DNA from: a virus
Virus record (IMG/VR): IMGVR_UViG_3300027973_000044
Location: 17,924 to 81,923 of that record
Strand: one strand, 5' to 3'
Length of the DNA stretch: 64,000 nt
The position numbers and the translations under genes were made by a program. The notes beneath the pieces are model-generated. The model saw only the letters and a list, made by a program, of their open reading frames with translations. It searched no databases and had not been told where the DNA came from. Below, in pieces: positions 11,059-21,900 of this stretch (its first letter is position 1; every line of letters starts with the position of its first letter).

Positions 11059-11086
11059 TTGAAATCAAAGTACCATAAGATATAAT
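11059..11086 (+). promoter_or_regulatory. Sigma70-type promoter for dUTPase/clamp loader
   Basis: TTGAAA (11059-64), 16 nt, TATAAT (11081-86), then 6 nt to ATG 11093. Confidence 0.6.
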
Positions 11087-11092
11087 CTTATT

Positions 11093-11536
11093 ATGAGCTT
11101 ACCTAACTACGTACCTTCAATAAGATTTGAGAAATTTCACCCAGATGCACAGCTACCCAAAAAGAACTTTGACACAGATTCAGGTTGGGATTTATTTGCT
11201 GTAGAGAGCATATCGATTCCACCTAGGAGCAGATTGGTCGTCCCAGCGGGCTTGAAGCTTGCTTACCTGGAGCCAGGATACTGGTTGAGTGTTGAATCTA
11301 GATCAGGATTAAGCTTCAAGAGCGGGGTGCTTGCCCACCCAGGTGTTATCGATCAAAATTATCGAGGAGATTTAGGTGTATTGCTCTATAATCATAATGA
11401 ACAGCCCTATCAAGTTAATAAGGGAGATAGAATTGCACAATTAGTTGTACACTATAATATTCACATGCAGGTTGATTGGGGCACGGTGCAAGCAACGGAT
11501 CGTGGAGCGAGTGGGTTTGGCAGTAGCGGTAAATAA
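11093..11536 (+). CDS. dut: dUTPase (trimeric)
   Basis: Motifs SGWDL, RSGLS, GVIDQNYRG, GDRIAQL and RGASGFGSSG. Confidence 0.97.
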   Translation: MSLPNYVPSIRFEKFHPDAQLPKKNFDTDSGWDLFAVESISIPPRSRLVVPAGLKLAYLEPGYWLSVESRSGLSFKSGVLAHPGVIDQNYRGDLGVLLYNHNEQPYQVNKGDRIAQLVVHYNIHMQVDWGTVQATDRGASGFGSSGK

Positions 11537-11537
11537 G

Positions 11538-12470
11538 ATGGACGTAGACAAGATCTGGACAGAGAAATACCGGCCACAAACCCTGGATGATATTGTACTC
11601 TCAGGTGGGACCAGAGAAATACTTGAATCATTTGTAAAGAATGATGAGATCCCTAATTTATTATTCTGTGGACATGCAGGTATAGGTAAAACGACCACTT
11701 CCAAGGTACTGATCAATTTACTGGACGCAGAAAATATATATCAGAATTGTTCTGAAGTAGGTATTGATGCAGTCCGAAATGATATTACTGGATTCAGCAG
11801 AACAAAGAGTTTCAATGGAAAGAAGAAGATTGTTTTGTTAGATGAGGTTGATGGAATGGCATCGATAGATGCTCAGAGATCTCTTAGAAACGTTCTGGAA
11901 GAATATGCAGGTCATTGTAGGTTTATTTTAACCTGCAATTATAAACACCGTGTTATTGTACCTCTGCAAAGCAGATGCCAGTCGATTGATTTAGATCCCA
12001 AGATTGCTGATGTTGTTAAGAGGTGTTATAATATATTAAAAATCGAGAAAATTAATATTGAAGAAGAGAATAAGACCAAATTAATCAATTTAATTAGAAA
12101 ATATTTTCCTGATATACGCAAGTGTATTAATGAAATGCAGAAGTTTAGCTCAACAGGGTCTTTGTTGATTCCAGATTTAAATATTCAAGATCAATTCTCC
12201 GAAAAGATCATTCAACTCGTTTTAACCAAGAAAGTATTGCAAGCTCGCAAATTTATCATCGAGAATGAAACTTCGTTTAATGGTGATTACCCTGTGCTCA
12301 TGAAGTTTGTCTTTGATAATATTTGCAATGGCAATTACGCATTAACAGAAAATCAGAAAAGACTCTGGCTTGTTACTATTGGTGAATACATGTATAGATC
12401 TGCTCTTGTTTTGGATCAAGAGATTAATTTTTATTGCTTACTATTAGCGTTGTCTGAGATTAGCGCTTAG
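11538..12470 (+). CDS. Sliding clamp loader AAA+ subunit (gp44/RFC-small-like)
   Basis: WTEKYRPQTLDD, Walker A GHAGIGKTT, Walker B LLDEVD, SRC motif, FPDIRK. Start at ATG 11538. Confidence 0.93.
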   Translation: MDVDKIWTEKYRPQTLDDIVLSGGTREILESFVKNDEIPNLLFCGHAGIGKTTTSKVLINLLDAENIYQNCSEVGIDAVRNDITGFSRTKSFNGKKKIVLLDEVDGMASIDAQRSLRNVLEEYAGHCRFILTCNYKHRVIVPLQSRCQSIDLDPKIADVVKRCYNILKIEKINIEEENKTKLINLIRKYFPDIRKCINEMQKFSSTGSLLIPDLNIQDQFSEKIIQLVLTKKVLQARKFIIENETSFNGDYPVLMKFVFDNICNGNYALTENQKRLWLVTIGEYMYRSALVLDQEINFYCLLLALSEISA

Positions 12471-13062
12471 GTAGATAACGGGCTGTGCCCTTGGAAACGG
12501 CAGGATCCTTGACACCTTCTGCAGGAGAGCTAGGAATCTTAACATTTACATTATTAAGCTTGCGATCACCCTCAGAGTCCTTCTTATCACCCAGATCGCT
12601 TGTGCCTGTCTGTCGGTGCGGGGAAGTCATAATCTCGTCTTCATCCTTAATATCCACAGGCTTTGGTTCAATGTTTATGTCACCTTTTCTTTTTAAACTA
12701 TCTGGTACTGGGGCAAGATTTGGATAGGTATCAATATATGTCAAGAGATGTGCAGGTATTGTTAAAAATTCCTTATATATGCCTGGTGCAATCTCTAGAG
12801 TAACGTCAACCAAGAAAGATTCAGCTTCGTTCTGCACGTCACCTGAATGAATAGTGGGGCGAACAGCTTTGATAGCACTTACACGCATGTTTAAACCGCT
12901 ATCATTAAAATATTTGGCTCTTTCAACGTAGTTTTGACCTTGTTTACTGAAGAATTCGTCTTTAAATGCACCCTCGATAAACTTAACAAGATCCCCTGTT
13001 AGAAAGCCACCACGTGTAAACCGTTGAATAGAGGACTCATATAATTTGACGAACTTGTTCAT
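12460..13062 (-). CDS. Hypothetical late protein, possibly virion/head-associated
   Basis: 200 aa ORF with a perfect TATAAATA 6 nt upstream. Confidence 0.7.
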   Translation of the reverse strand: MNKFVKLYESSIQRFTRGGFLTGDLVKFIEGAFKDEFFSKQGQNYVERAKYFNDSGLNMRVSAIKAVRPTIHSGDVQNEAESFLVDVTLEIAPGIYKEFLTIPAHLLTYIDTYPNLAPVPDSLKRKGDINIEPKPVDIKDEDEIMTSPHRQTGTSDLGDKKDSEGDRKLNNVNVKIPSSPAEGVKDPAVSKGTARYLPKR

Positions 13063-13068
13063 ATTACA

Positions 13069-13117
13069 TATTTATAGTTTCATAACCACTTTTAGAACAA
13101 ATATCCATGTATAAATA
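13069..13117. promoter_or_regulatory. Back-to-back T4-type late promoters
   Basis: TATAAATA on the minus strand at 13069-13076 and on the plus strand at 13110-13117, each 5-6 nt from an ATG. Confidence 0.75.
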
Positions 13118-13122
13118 ATTTT

Positions 13123-13590
13123 ATGGCAGCGATCGTTGTTAATGCTTTTAGCTTACCTGTTTCAGGGGCAATATATACGGATCTACTTTTGGATCTAAAG
13201 CTTAATTACACTCAAAACAAGCAACTAGGGAAAAGACGCGAGATCAAGGATTTACAGCGATCTGAGGATATTGGGGCTATTCAAAATAGCTTGTTCAATC
13301 TTTTTACAACTATGCCAGGTCAGAAAATACTTAACCCTATTTTTGGGTTGAACCTTGCACAATATCTATTTGTTCCGATATCTGTGACTCAAGCTAGAAT
13401 CATTGGTGAATCGATTTTTACAGGTATTAAGAAATTTGAACCTCGAGTACTTTTACGAAATATAAACGTTGAAACTGATTATGATAATAATCAATATAAT
13501 ATCTTCATGATAATTGATGTTCCTACGTTAAATATCCAAGGAGTAGGACTAAAAGGAGTATTAAACGATTCAGGATATTATTTTAATTAA
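13123..13590 (+). CDS. Baseplate wedge protein gp25-like
   Basis: AIQNSLFNLFTTMPGQKILNPIFG and IKKFEPRV. Confidence 0.9.
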   Translation: MAAIVVNAFSLPVSGAIYTDLLLDLKLNYTQNKQLGKRREIKDLQRSEDIGAIQNSLFNLFTTMPGQKILNPIFGLNLAQYLFVPISVTQARIIGESIFTGIKKFEPRVLLRNINVETDYDNNQYNIFMIIDVPTLNIQGVGLKGVLNDSGYYFN

Positions 13591-13592
13591 TT

Positions 13593-15467
13593 ATGAGCGA
13601 CATCACATCAAACCCATTTAATTTGCCTTTTAACGCCTATGCTGCGTTTGATGCAACAAATTTAAAAACACTCATGATACAGCGCCTCAATGAGGGCAAT
13701 GTATTTACAGATCAAATTTATGAGGGTAGTAATTTTAATAGCTTACTCGACGTGATTGCGTATAGCTATAATGTTCTACTTTTTTATCTCAACAAGACAG
13801 CGAGTGAGAGTATGTTTAGTCAAGCTCAGCTGTACGAGAACATGAACCGTATTGTTAAAGCACTTAATTATAATCCAATTGGATTTCAATCGAGTGTAGT
13901 TGCCTTTGAGGCTACAGCACCAACAACTCTTCCTGCAGGGGTATATACAATTCCAAGATATTCTTATTTCACTGTGAACGGTATACCATATTCTTTTGTA
14001 CAGGATGCAACGTTCATTAAAACAACAGACGCAAGAGAAGTACTTACTCAATTCAATAACTCGACTCTGTTATATCAAGGAATTTTTATACCATACCCTC
14101 TGTATGTTGCTAATGGCTCACCGTTTGAGGAATTTTCACTAGCAGCAGTTTCTGAGCAAGGTTCAAATGAATTGATAGATCATACAAATATCTATGTGTA
14201 TGTAACGAACGATGCAGGTCAATATGAACAATGGAATAGAGTTAATAGTCTATATCTAGAAGATCCAAATAGTAAGAGTTTTGAATGCAGGTTCAATGAA
14301 AACCAGAGATACACTATTAAGTTTGGAAATAATGTTAATGGCAAGCAGTTGAAACCAACTAGTGTTGTGTCTATTTTTTATCTCAAGAGCGATGGAACAG
14401 CGGGAGAAATTGGCCCTAATGTTCTTGACAATAATAAGTTATTCTTGTTTAACGAGCCACAATTCAACACAATTTTTAATGACATTAAGTCAAATCTAAC
14501 TTATGTAAATGCAGATCAAGCTGCAAATCTAACCTTCATAAATCCTGCAGCAAGTACAGCATTTACAAATGTAGAAGATGCATTAAGCATCAGAAGTAAT
14601 GCTGCTAACACATTCAAAACGCAGTACAGACTCATTACCACGAGTGACTTCGAAACTTTTATTAAAAATAATTTCAGCAATGTACTCAACGATGTTAAGG
14701 TAGTGAACAACTGGGAATATCTAGCTGAACACGTTAGATACCTTTACAATATTGGGCTTGAAGTACCTAATAACGATAGCCGGGTATTATTTAACCAAGT
14801 GACATTTGCTGATAGTTGTGACTTCAACAACATATATGTTTACGCTGTGCCAAAATTACAAAATAGTAATATGAATAGTACTAAATTAAGAAATAATTTT
14901 CTTGGAACAGGGTTAAAGGATAAGATCATTAATGAACTACTGGACGTAAAGATGACTACTTCGGAAATTGTTATTATGGATCCAGTGTATGTTGCAGTTG
15001 GTCTGGGTGTTGCTAGCAATGAAGAAATAAGCAACGACCTTCTGACATCAGATATTATTTCTGAAACCAAGCTAGTTATTGGAAGGTCTCCCAACAGTCG
15101 CTATTCTGAAAACGAGGTGAAAAACCAAGCGGTCAATATTCTCAAGGATTACTTTAGTGTGGAAAATGCTAAGCTTGGACAATTCATTAATCTTGATTTT
15201 CTTACAACTAAGATCTTCAACATCCCAGGGGTCACTTCTGTGAGCTGTACCCGGTCAGTGAATGGGCAACAAATTACAAGGAGTGGTCTCAGTTTATTAG
15301 TTTTTAACCCCGTCTATAGTGAGCCTGGAGAGGATATAAATGTAATCAATCAGAGTATTACCTTACCATATTTTAAGATTCCCTATATCTACAATCCGGA
15401 TGCTATCTTTGGCAATATCGAAATAGTTACACCTGATTCGCAGGAAGCTAGCTTACGGGAGTACTAA
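13593..15467 (+). CDS. Baseplate wedge protein gp6-like
   Basis: FTDQIYEGSNFNSLLDVIAY, ESMFSQAQ, IKFGNNVNGK and RLITTSDFE. Confidence 0.9.
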   Translation: MSDITSNPFNLPFNAYAAFDATNLKTLMIQRLNEGNVFTDQIYEGSNFNSLLDVIAYSYNVLLFYLNKTASESMFSQAQLYENMNRIVKALNYNPIGFQSSVVAFEATAPTTLPAGVYTIPRYSYFTVNGIPYSFVQDATFIKTTDAREVLTQFNNSTLLYQGIFIPYPLYVANGSPFEEFSLAAVSEQGSNELIDHTNIYVYVTNDAGQYEQWNRVNSLYLEDPNSKSFECRFNENQRYTIKFGNNVNGKQLKPTSVVSIFYLKSDGTAGEIGPNVLDNNKLFLFNEPQFNTIFNDIKSNLTYVNADQAANLTFINPAASTAFTNVEDALSIRSNAANTFKTQYRLITTSDFETFIKNNFSNVLNDVKVVNNWEYLAEHVRYLYNIGLEVPNNDSRVLFNQVTFADSCDFNNIYVYAVPKLQNSNMNSTKLRNNFLGTGLKDKIINELLDVKMTTSEIVIMDPVYVAVGLGVASNEEISNDLLTSDIISETKLVIGRSPNSRYSENEVKNQAVNILKDYFSVENAKLGQFINLDFLTTKIFNIPGVTSVSCTRSVNGQQITRSGLSLLVFNPVYSEPGEDINVINQSITLPYFKIPYIYNPDAIFGNIEIVTPDSQEASLREY

Positions 15468-15470
15468 TCT

Positions 15471-18400
15471 ATGCCGACGTTAACGGCAGTACAGATTAAA
15501 GTCACTGTATTTGATGTGGCTGATGCTGCACCTACATATACGAGTTATACGCTTGAAAATACACCTTTTCTTATCACGCCAAATTGGATAGATAGTATAG
15601 AGCAACTAAACTATAGTCAGTATGAGATAATATGGGATCTGGGTGATGGTACTTATATTACTGGAGCAAGTGCCAGACATACATACAAATACCCGGGTAT
15701 CTATAATGTAACAGCAACGTTTTTTGATAGTCAGGGTGAAGCTTATACACTAGCGGCTCCGGCGAGCTTAACAGCTTTCAATGCAGTACCCGATACAATT
15801 GTCTTTAGTAACCTTTTACCTACAGAAAATGATGGTATATATTTGTTACCAGCGGGAAAAAGAAGTAAATCTCTTGAAGTATTTCGTTTTAATAGTTGGC
15901 AGAATGATCAATTTTTAGCAGAAGATAATTACACTATTAATTTTTACGCATCTGGTAGTAATAGTAGCTTTTTATCAGTATCATCCTACTACACAGACAA
16001 ATACGCACATCTTAGAACATATTTTGGCTTTGTTGAAGCTACTGTCAATGCTGATGGAATCATTGATACAAAATTAGTTGACTCCACATCGACTTCTTCG
16101 GTCAGTGTCTACGCAGTTCCAACAAAGCGTCCATTTTCATGGGATATCGATCTTTCTTTCTATAGCATGCCTGTCGATGGTTCAGCTTTCGCTGGTACTT
16201 CCGGGTCCACGCTTGACGGTCATATTGTTAGTTATGTTGACCAAACACCTAGCGATTCTTCTAGAAATGATTTAATTTTCTTATTTGCTCAACCAAGAAC
16301 TACCAGATTTTATGATTATGGAAATATCAATAATAACTACTATCCAAGTATAAATTTTCCTACCTATGGCTACATTAACGTGCCCTGGAAGGTGCAGTTT
16401 CTAAAATCTGTCTTTAACCCTGCAGCAAGCGTTGCTATTACCAGCAACGGAATTACAGCTGAAGGTGTGCAAGACACAGTCGGTCCACTCACAGGTGAAT
16501 ATTTGCACTCTTTTAACATTTACCCAACCAAATGGACAGATACAGATATTGCATTTTGTTGCACATTCAAGGATAGTGAGAATTATACAACAAAATGTTA
16601 TCCACCAATAACCGGTTTTAGGTTTGATGGGCAAGATCCAACACAAGTTAATACGATTAGTATTGGACTATACAAATATGTGCCGCTCGACCCGTTGAAT
16701 TTTACTAACACTTCTCCAACCAGTACAATTCAAGTAACCGGGGCAACATTTACCCGTAATCCATCACCGCCTTTCTTTGAAAAGAGTGGTAGTTATTTTT
16801 GTGGTTTGTTAAACTGCAGCGAAGAAGCTCGTACTGCAGTTATTAGTGCAGCTGTTCTAATTCAGGACAGTCCACCTCTCAATTTGGGCATCACATATGG
16901 CTTTGCAGCTCAACCTGGCAGAGGTGATTTTAAAAGATTCAGAAAACGAGCTATCTTTAGTAACTGTGATGTTGAAGCACTATCATTTGATATTGTGGGT
17001 GAATCAACAACATATTCGGATGATCAAACTTCGAATGTAGGCATATCGTATGCCCCTTTGGAGGATTATAATGTTGGTCAAAATAGAGTCTATATAACAG
17101 ATTCTGACAATGATAAGATTTTTGTCTACACGGTTTCAGGTGCTCCTGTTGCAACAATTGATCTTGCTGCCGCGGCAACATATCGCGGTGTCGATGTTGC
17201 ACCAGATTTAGCTAGCTACAAAGGCAGTCTGGATAGCGCTAGCCCTTCGAATGTCACCATTGATAGCACCGGAAACGCTTGGATAAGTCTTTATGATGCC
17301 ATCTCTGCAATAAAGCTAGATGCCAGTACATTGAATGTTGTGGCACATGCAGAGCCAAATTTACAGAATATTGCATATACAGACTACAGACTTTATGTCA
17401 CACTCAAGAATCAATTGAGCGGATTTGTTGGTGAAAACTCTCTTCTGCCTACATGTGTTGATGCAGGTGTTGATGACACTGTATTTGTGGGGTACAGTCA
17501 TCCAGTGAGCGGCTTTATCTTTAAATACTCTTCCACAGGGGAGTATCTGAGTGCAGTGCCACTAAGCCCACTTTACTCTGTGCAAGAAATTATAGTTGAC
17601 AGAGAGAACAACATATGGGCTGCAGTTAAGAATCTACAATCAAATCGAAGTGCGAATCCATTTCAAAATACTGATTTAATATATAAATGGGATAGCAATT
17701 TTAATCTGCAACCTAACTTCCCAATAAGCTCGCTCGCTAATATTGGAAATATAACTATTGATTTGAACCAAAATCTTTGGGTGAACAATGGAGTATCAAA
17801 AGTCACAAAGATATCTCCAGCAGGGCAGCTAGCCGATATTATTATTGGTAGTCAAGTCAATAGTGCTAGGTATTATCAGCCCATAGGCGGCATTGCCTGT
17901 GACAATGAAGGCTTTCTCTGGGTTCTACACAATTATAATGCACAAATATATTTCTATCCTATTACGGATCTACAACAACTTCCGCTTTCGGCCATTTATA
18001 GCGGCGTGTTACCTGATACACAGTACACAGTGGCCGATGGTTCACGAGCCTTTTACAGTGTGTTTGGCGACTGGACTGGCATAAGATGGATTAACAAATA
18101 CGTTAGTCCTATTAATCCGTTTCCAAGAATTATCCGGGGAAGTAGTAACCTTTTCGATATTCTCAAGAGATCTCCAATCGTTAATAAAATTAATGAGAAT
18201 TTCGATCAAGCAGCAGCTTACAAGAGTTACATATTGCAAGAATCTCTATTTGATAGGACTAAATTGCTAGATGATTTCCTGGGTCAAATAGTTGGCAATG
18301 TTGATAGCCCACCGGAAACTCTTGGTAAAGAAATTTATGAGAAAATAGCTAATTTTGTTGGCAATATATCTGATCCCGATACATGTAATATTTCCGCACT

Positions 18401-18995
18401 CAAAAGTTTATTTGAGCAGTATGGTCTAAATTTTTATGACTTTTGTTCGCAATATCCTTCAGAGCTAACCCGTGCTATGGATATCTTGAGTATTAATCAA
18501 CGAAAACTGTTTGGTAGTCCAAATACATTCAGTGCAAATTTCGGGATAAGTGCTTATGATTATGGTGCTGGAAAAAATTTAGGCGAGCAAATTGATATTT
18601 TAACTGGAACATTTAATGTGGGTACCCCAATTGTAATATATGAAAAATTTAGCGGAATATACAAAAAAGTTTATAACACTGTTGTACCTGTAACAAATGG
18701 TCTATCTGCAGTCATTGGCCAGGAGTACCCGCTGAGTGGTGTCAATTACAATTGGGGCTGGGGATTGGTCACTGGTAACAATGCACAGTCAGGAATCGAT
18801 ATTGCACCATACTATAATTTTTATAAATACAAGGCATATATGCCTTTAGAAATGGTTGACGGGGTTATTGATTTCAAAAATAATCTCACCACAGTAACAC
18901 CAGCTCAGAGTAGTTATGAAAATTGGACTCAGTATGGTGGCACAATGGAGGCCATACTCTCTCGAGCGCTATACAATGGATTGGAGATGTTGTGA
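15471..18995 (+). CDS. Large baseplate protein: N-terminal PKD domain, central beta-propeller, C-terminal gp7/P2 gpI-like segment
   Basis: WDLGDGT..HTYKYPGIYNVT (PKD); repeated IDxxGNxWI/VDRENNIW blades; DPDTCNISALKSL; follows gp6. Confidence 0.55.
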   Translation: MPTLTAVQIKVTVFDVADAAPTYTSYTLENTPFLITPNWIDSIEQLNYSQYEIIWDLGDGTYITGASARHTYKYPGIYNVTATFFDSQGEAYTLAAPASLTAFNAVPDTIVFSNLLPTENDGIYLLPAGKRSKSLEVFRFNSWQNDQFLAEDNYTINFYASGSNSSFLSVSSYYTDKYAHLRTYFGFVEATVNADGIIDTKLVDSTSTSSVSVYAVPTKRPFSWDIDLSFYSMPVDGSAFAGTSGSTLDGHIVSYVDQTPSDSSRNDLIFLFAQPRTTRFYDYGNINNNYYPSINFPTYGYINVPWKVQFLKSVFNPAASVAITSNGITAEGVQDTVGPLTGEYLHSFNIYPTKWTDTDIAFCCTFKDSENYTTKCYPPITGFRFDGQDPTQVNTISIGLYKYVPLDPLNFTNTSPTSTIQVTGATFTRNPSPPFFEKSGSYFCGLLNCSEEARTAVISAAVLIQDSPPLNLGITYGFAAQPGRGDFKRFRKRAIFSNCDVEALSFDIVGESTTYSDDQTSNVGISYAPLEDYNVGQNRVYITDSDNDKIFVYTVSGAPVATIDLAAAATYRGVDVAPDLASYKGSLDSASPSNVTIDSTGNAWISLYDAISAIKLDASTLNVVAHAEPNLQNIAYTDYRLYVTLKNQLSGFVGENSLLPTCVDAGVDDTVFVGYSHPVSGFIFKYSSTGEYLSAVPLSPLYSVQEIIVDRENNIWAAVKNLQSNRSANPFQNTDLIYKWDSNFNLQPNFPISSLANIGNITIDLNQNLWVNNGVSKVTKISPAGQLADIIIGSQVNSARYYQPIGGIACDNEGFLWVLHNYNAQIYFYPITDLQQLPLSAIYSGVLPDTQYTVADGSRAFYSVFGDWTGIRWINKYVSPINPFPRIIRGSSNLFDILKRSPIVNKINENFDQAAAYKSYILQESLFDRTKLLDDFLGQIVGNVDSPPETLGKEIYEKIANFVGNISDPDTCNISALKSLFEQYGLNFYDFCSQYPSELTRAMDILSINQRKLFGSPNTFSANFGISAYDYGAGKNLGEQIDILTGTFNVGTPIVIYEKFSGIYKKVYNTVVPVTNGLSAVIGQEYPLSGVNYNWGWGLVTGNNAQSGIDIAPYYNFYKYKAYMPLEMVDGVIDFKNNLTTVTPAQSSYENWTQYGGTMEAILSRALYNGLEML

Positions 18996-21900
18996 GTAAT
19001 CTATATACATTTCAAAATAGTATTATTGAAGGGTCCTTAACACCACTAGATACCTACGCACCAGTTAGCTTTCTAACTTGGTTTAATCAGAAAAATTACA
19101 CAACAGTAGATCTAGATGCACTGTTTCTTCAGTATAAGCAGTATATTATTGAATGGGGCAGAACAAAAAAAGTAAATGCAGCTAAAGTAAACGAAACAAT
19201 CAGAGACTCTTATATTCAGGTATTGCGGGAGCTAATAATTGATTATAGTACTGAAGAAGAGAAACGCTTCATTACAAATGCTGATCTTTCAGATCCCAGT
19301 GATCTTGATATCGTATTGCCTTTTTTTATTAACAAGATTAAGCAGGTTTGCTTGTATTACGCCAATACAAGAGAAAATCTTAAAACAGCTCAAATACAAC
19401 ATAATCTTCGTGGCAGTAATTACGGCATAGAGAACCTTGTCAAGCAGTTAATTTTTGATGCTGCACAGACAAATCAAGTTTTGTTTGCACAGACCACTTG
19501 CAATTTTCCTCCCATTTCAGCTATTGCAAGACAACTTAGCATTTATATTGAAGAATTATATGATCTCAAATCGGATTACTATAATCAAGGAACTCCTTCA
19601 CCCACCAAGAGTACTGATATCGTCAATCTTGCCACACCAAATAAAGCATATGAGAGGTTGTATATTGATTTTAAGCAAGCAATTATAGATGCAATACGAC
19701 AGTATCCATTTTATATCACATCTCTTGGGATTAATAATTTTACTGTTAACCCTTATCTCTCTGGTACTGAGTTAAACTATTTAAAAAATCGTGACTTCAT
19801 AACCTATCTAAGCGGTGGTACTGAAGATCTTAAATTAAATTTATATAAGCGGCTTGCTCCAAAATATCTTGGCAACGATTTCTATTACCTTAGCACTGGT
19901 AGCACGCGCACTGATTTTGTTTCTGGTCTTCTGTTTTCTATAAAACCATTGACTGGTGCACCTACCTTGAATCTTTTAAACAGACAGACACCATCGGTTG
20001 CATCAGTACCAAGCCTTGAAAATCTTTACACAGAATATGAAATAGGAAGATTTTTCCTACCACAGCATCAAGGATTATTAATACATAATACTCCGCAGAA
20101 AAAATATGCCATCGACGTTGCCCAGCTTCAATCTAATACTGTGTATGCTTTTCCAGATCCTGATATTGTTGGTAACACCTCATACAACAACACTCAAGAT
20201 AATTTTCTTGCCCCTATAGCATACACGGTGGATGTTTCATGGAACAAAAGATCCAGAAGCAATCAATTTGCGTTTGGTGATGTGCTGTCAACAAGCTACA
20301 ATCAATTGTATTACGGTTATGAAAGCCGGGAGCAGGATTTGCAGCTGGATGTTTCAGGTCTCTCGCGAACATATGATAATGTGCAGTTTTGGGAAGGCGC
20401 TCGTCAAGAACAATGGGCCAATCCTGACATATGGCCAGGTCTTAGCAGACAAGAAGCACTACCTTTAGCAGATCGTCAAGCAGCTTTATTGGTTAACGAC
20501 TATACCCCCGTATACTGGGGAAGCGATATCTATAATAACGAGTACGGTCTCTTAAAAAAAGTAAGTGCACTCAAGGCTGCTTCTGCTACAACAGATAGTA
20601 ACGGCATAATGCCTAATAGAAATACTACACTCGCTACTGGTGATGCTGTCACAGATCAATCCATTGCAGCAAAGAAAGTCTTGATACCGGGCAAACTTTA
20701 CTTTAGAAATAGTATTACAAATACTGTATCACCGGCTAGTGCGGCCCTTAGCGCTGTGTTCTTCAAGTACCCTGCTGTCGTTAAACAGGAAATTAATGAA
20801 AGCTTGTATTATTTCAACATGTATTATGATACTTTTGTATTGGAAACCAAGAATTATGTTGTTGTTGATACTATCATTTTTGACTATGATACACAACAAA
20901 TTACTATTAATAGCAACCCTGGAACTTTCTTTGAAAAATCGCTACTTAATCCTAAGCTAGAGAAATTTGCTGGAGAATGGTATTCTGAGTACGATAAGAG
21001 CTTGTATCTGTGTTTTCTCACTCTTGGCAATAGGTTATCAAGTTCAAATTACAAGCTACTTTATCCAAAAATATATAGAACACCGCTTACTAATATAAAA
21101 CTATCTGTTGTGTATCCTGATCCAAGAAATGATATAACTGATATGTATTCTATCAGTGCAGGCTTTATAGAACCTCCACAAATAGATTTATACGAAATTG
21201 ATGGTGTGTCTTTCAGCCGTCTTGAGAAGAACAATCTATTTAATTTAACATATCTAGCTAAAAACACTAATAGTATGCCGTTTTTTGTTAACGAGCAAAT
21301 TCAAAAAAATGATCCATACTATTCCTCGTATGAGCCAGAAATATTTAAACCATTTTATTTCATTTACGATAACAACTATTCAAATCCCACGCTACCGTTC
21401 ATGGTTAAGTATAATGCATCTTCAACAGGTACAATGGGTGCACATTTACCTGGAGAAAAGATTCTCGATGTTGGTCAAGAGAATATCTACAATACAACCT
21501 ATCTCTATTGTGATGGTGTCAAACCTCTTCAAATCAATAACATTGGAAGATATATTATTCAATTTGATTGGGAGTCATATAGTGAGACATCTATCTTCTT
21601 GGGTTGCAATTATTATAAAGTACGCAACATTGGTAATGATTTAATTTGGAATGCCGATACTAATGATGCACAATTACTTGATACATATAACATTGATTAT
21701 TTTGGCTCATACAGAGAAGAAATTCGGTCCACAACACAAATATTCAGCACATTTGCTTTTGGAACATCTGGACTAGATACCACGCTATATGTTAATTCAG
21801 GCTATTTAACAGCGCCATTCTTGTCAGGTCAAAGAACATTTACCATGGATTTAAAATGGTCTCCAAGTCTAACCGCAGCACATACACCTGATTCATATAT

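Noticed and set aside
11445-11537. Upstream extensions given by the ORF track (also 27, 18923, 36085, 44115, 52580, 60875)
   Set aside because: They overlap neighbouring genes or add unconserved leaders; downstream starts fit family N-termini, stop-start overlaps or promoter spacing.
45-15467. Bacterial contractile injection system or tailocin
   Set aside because: Capsid, scaffold, protease, neck and clamp-loader genes show a complete T4-like phage.
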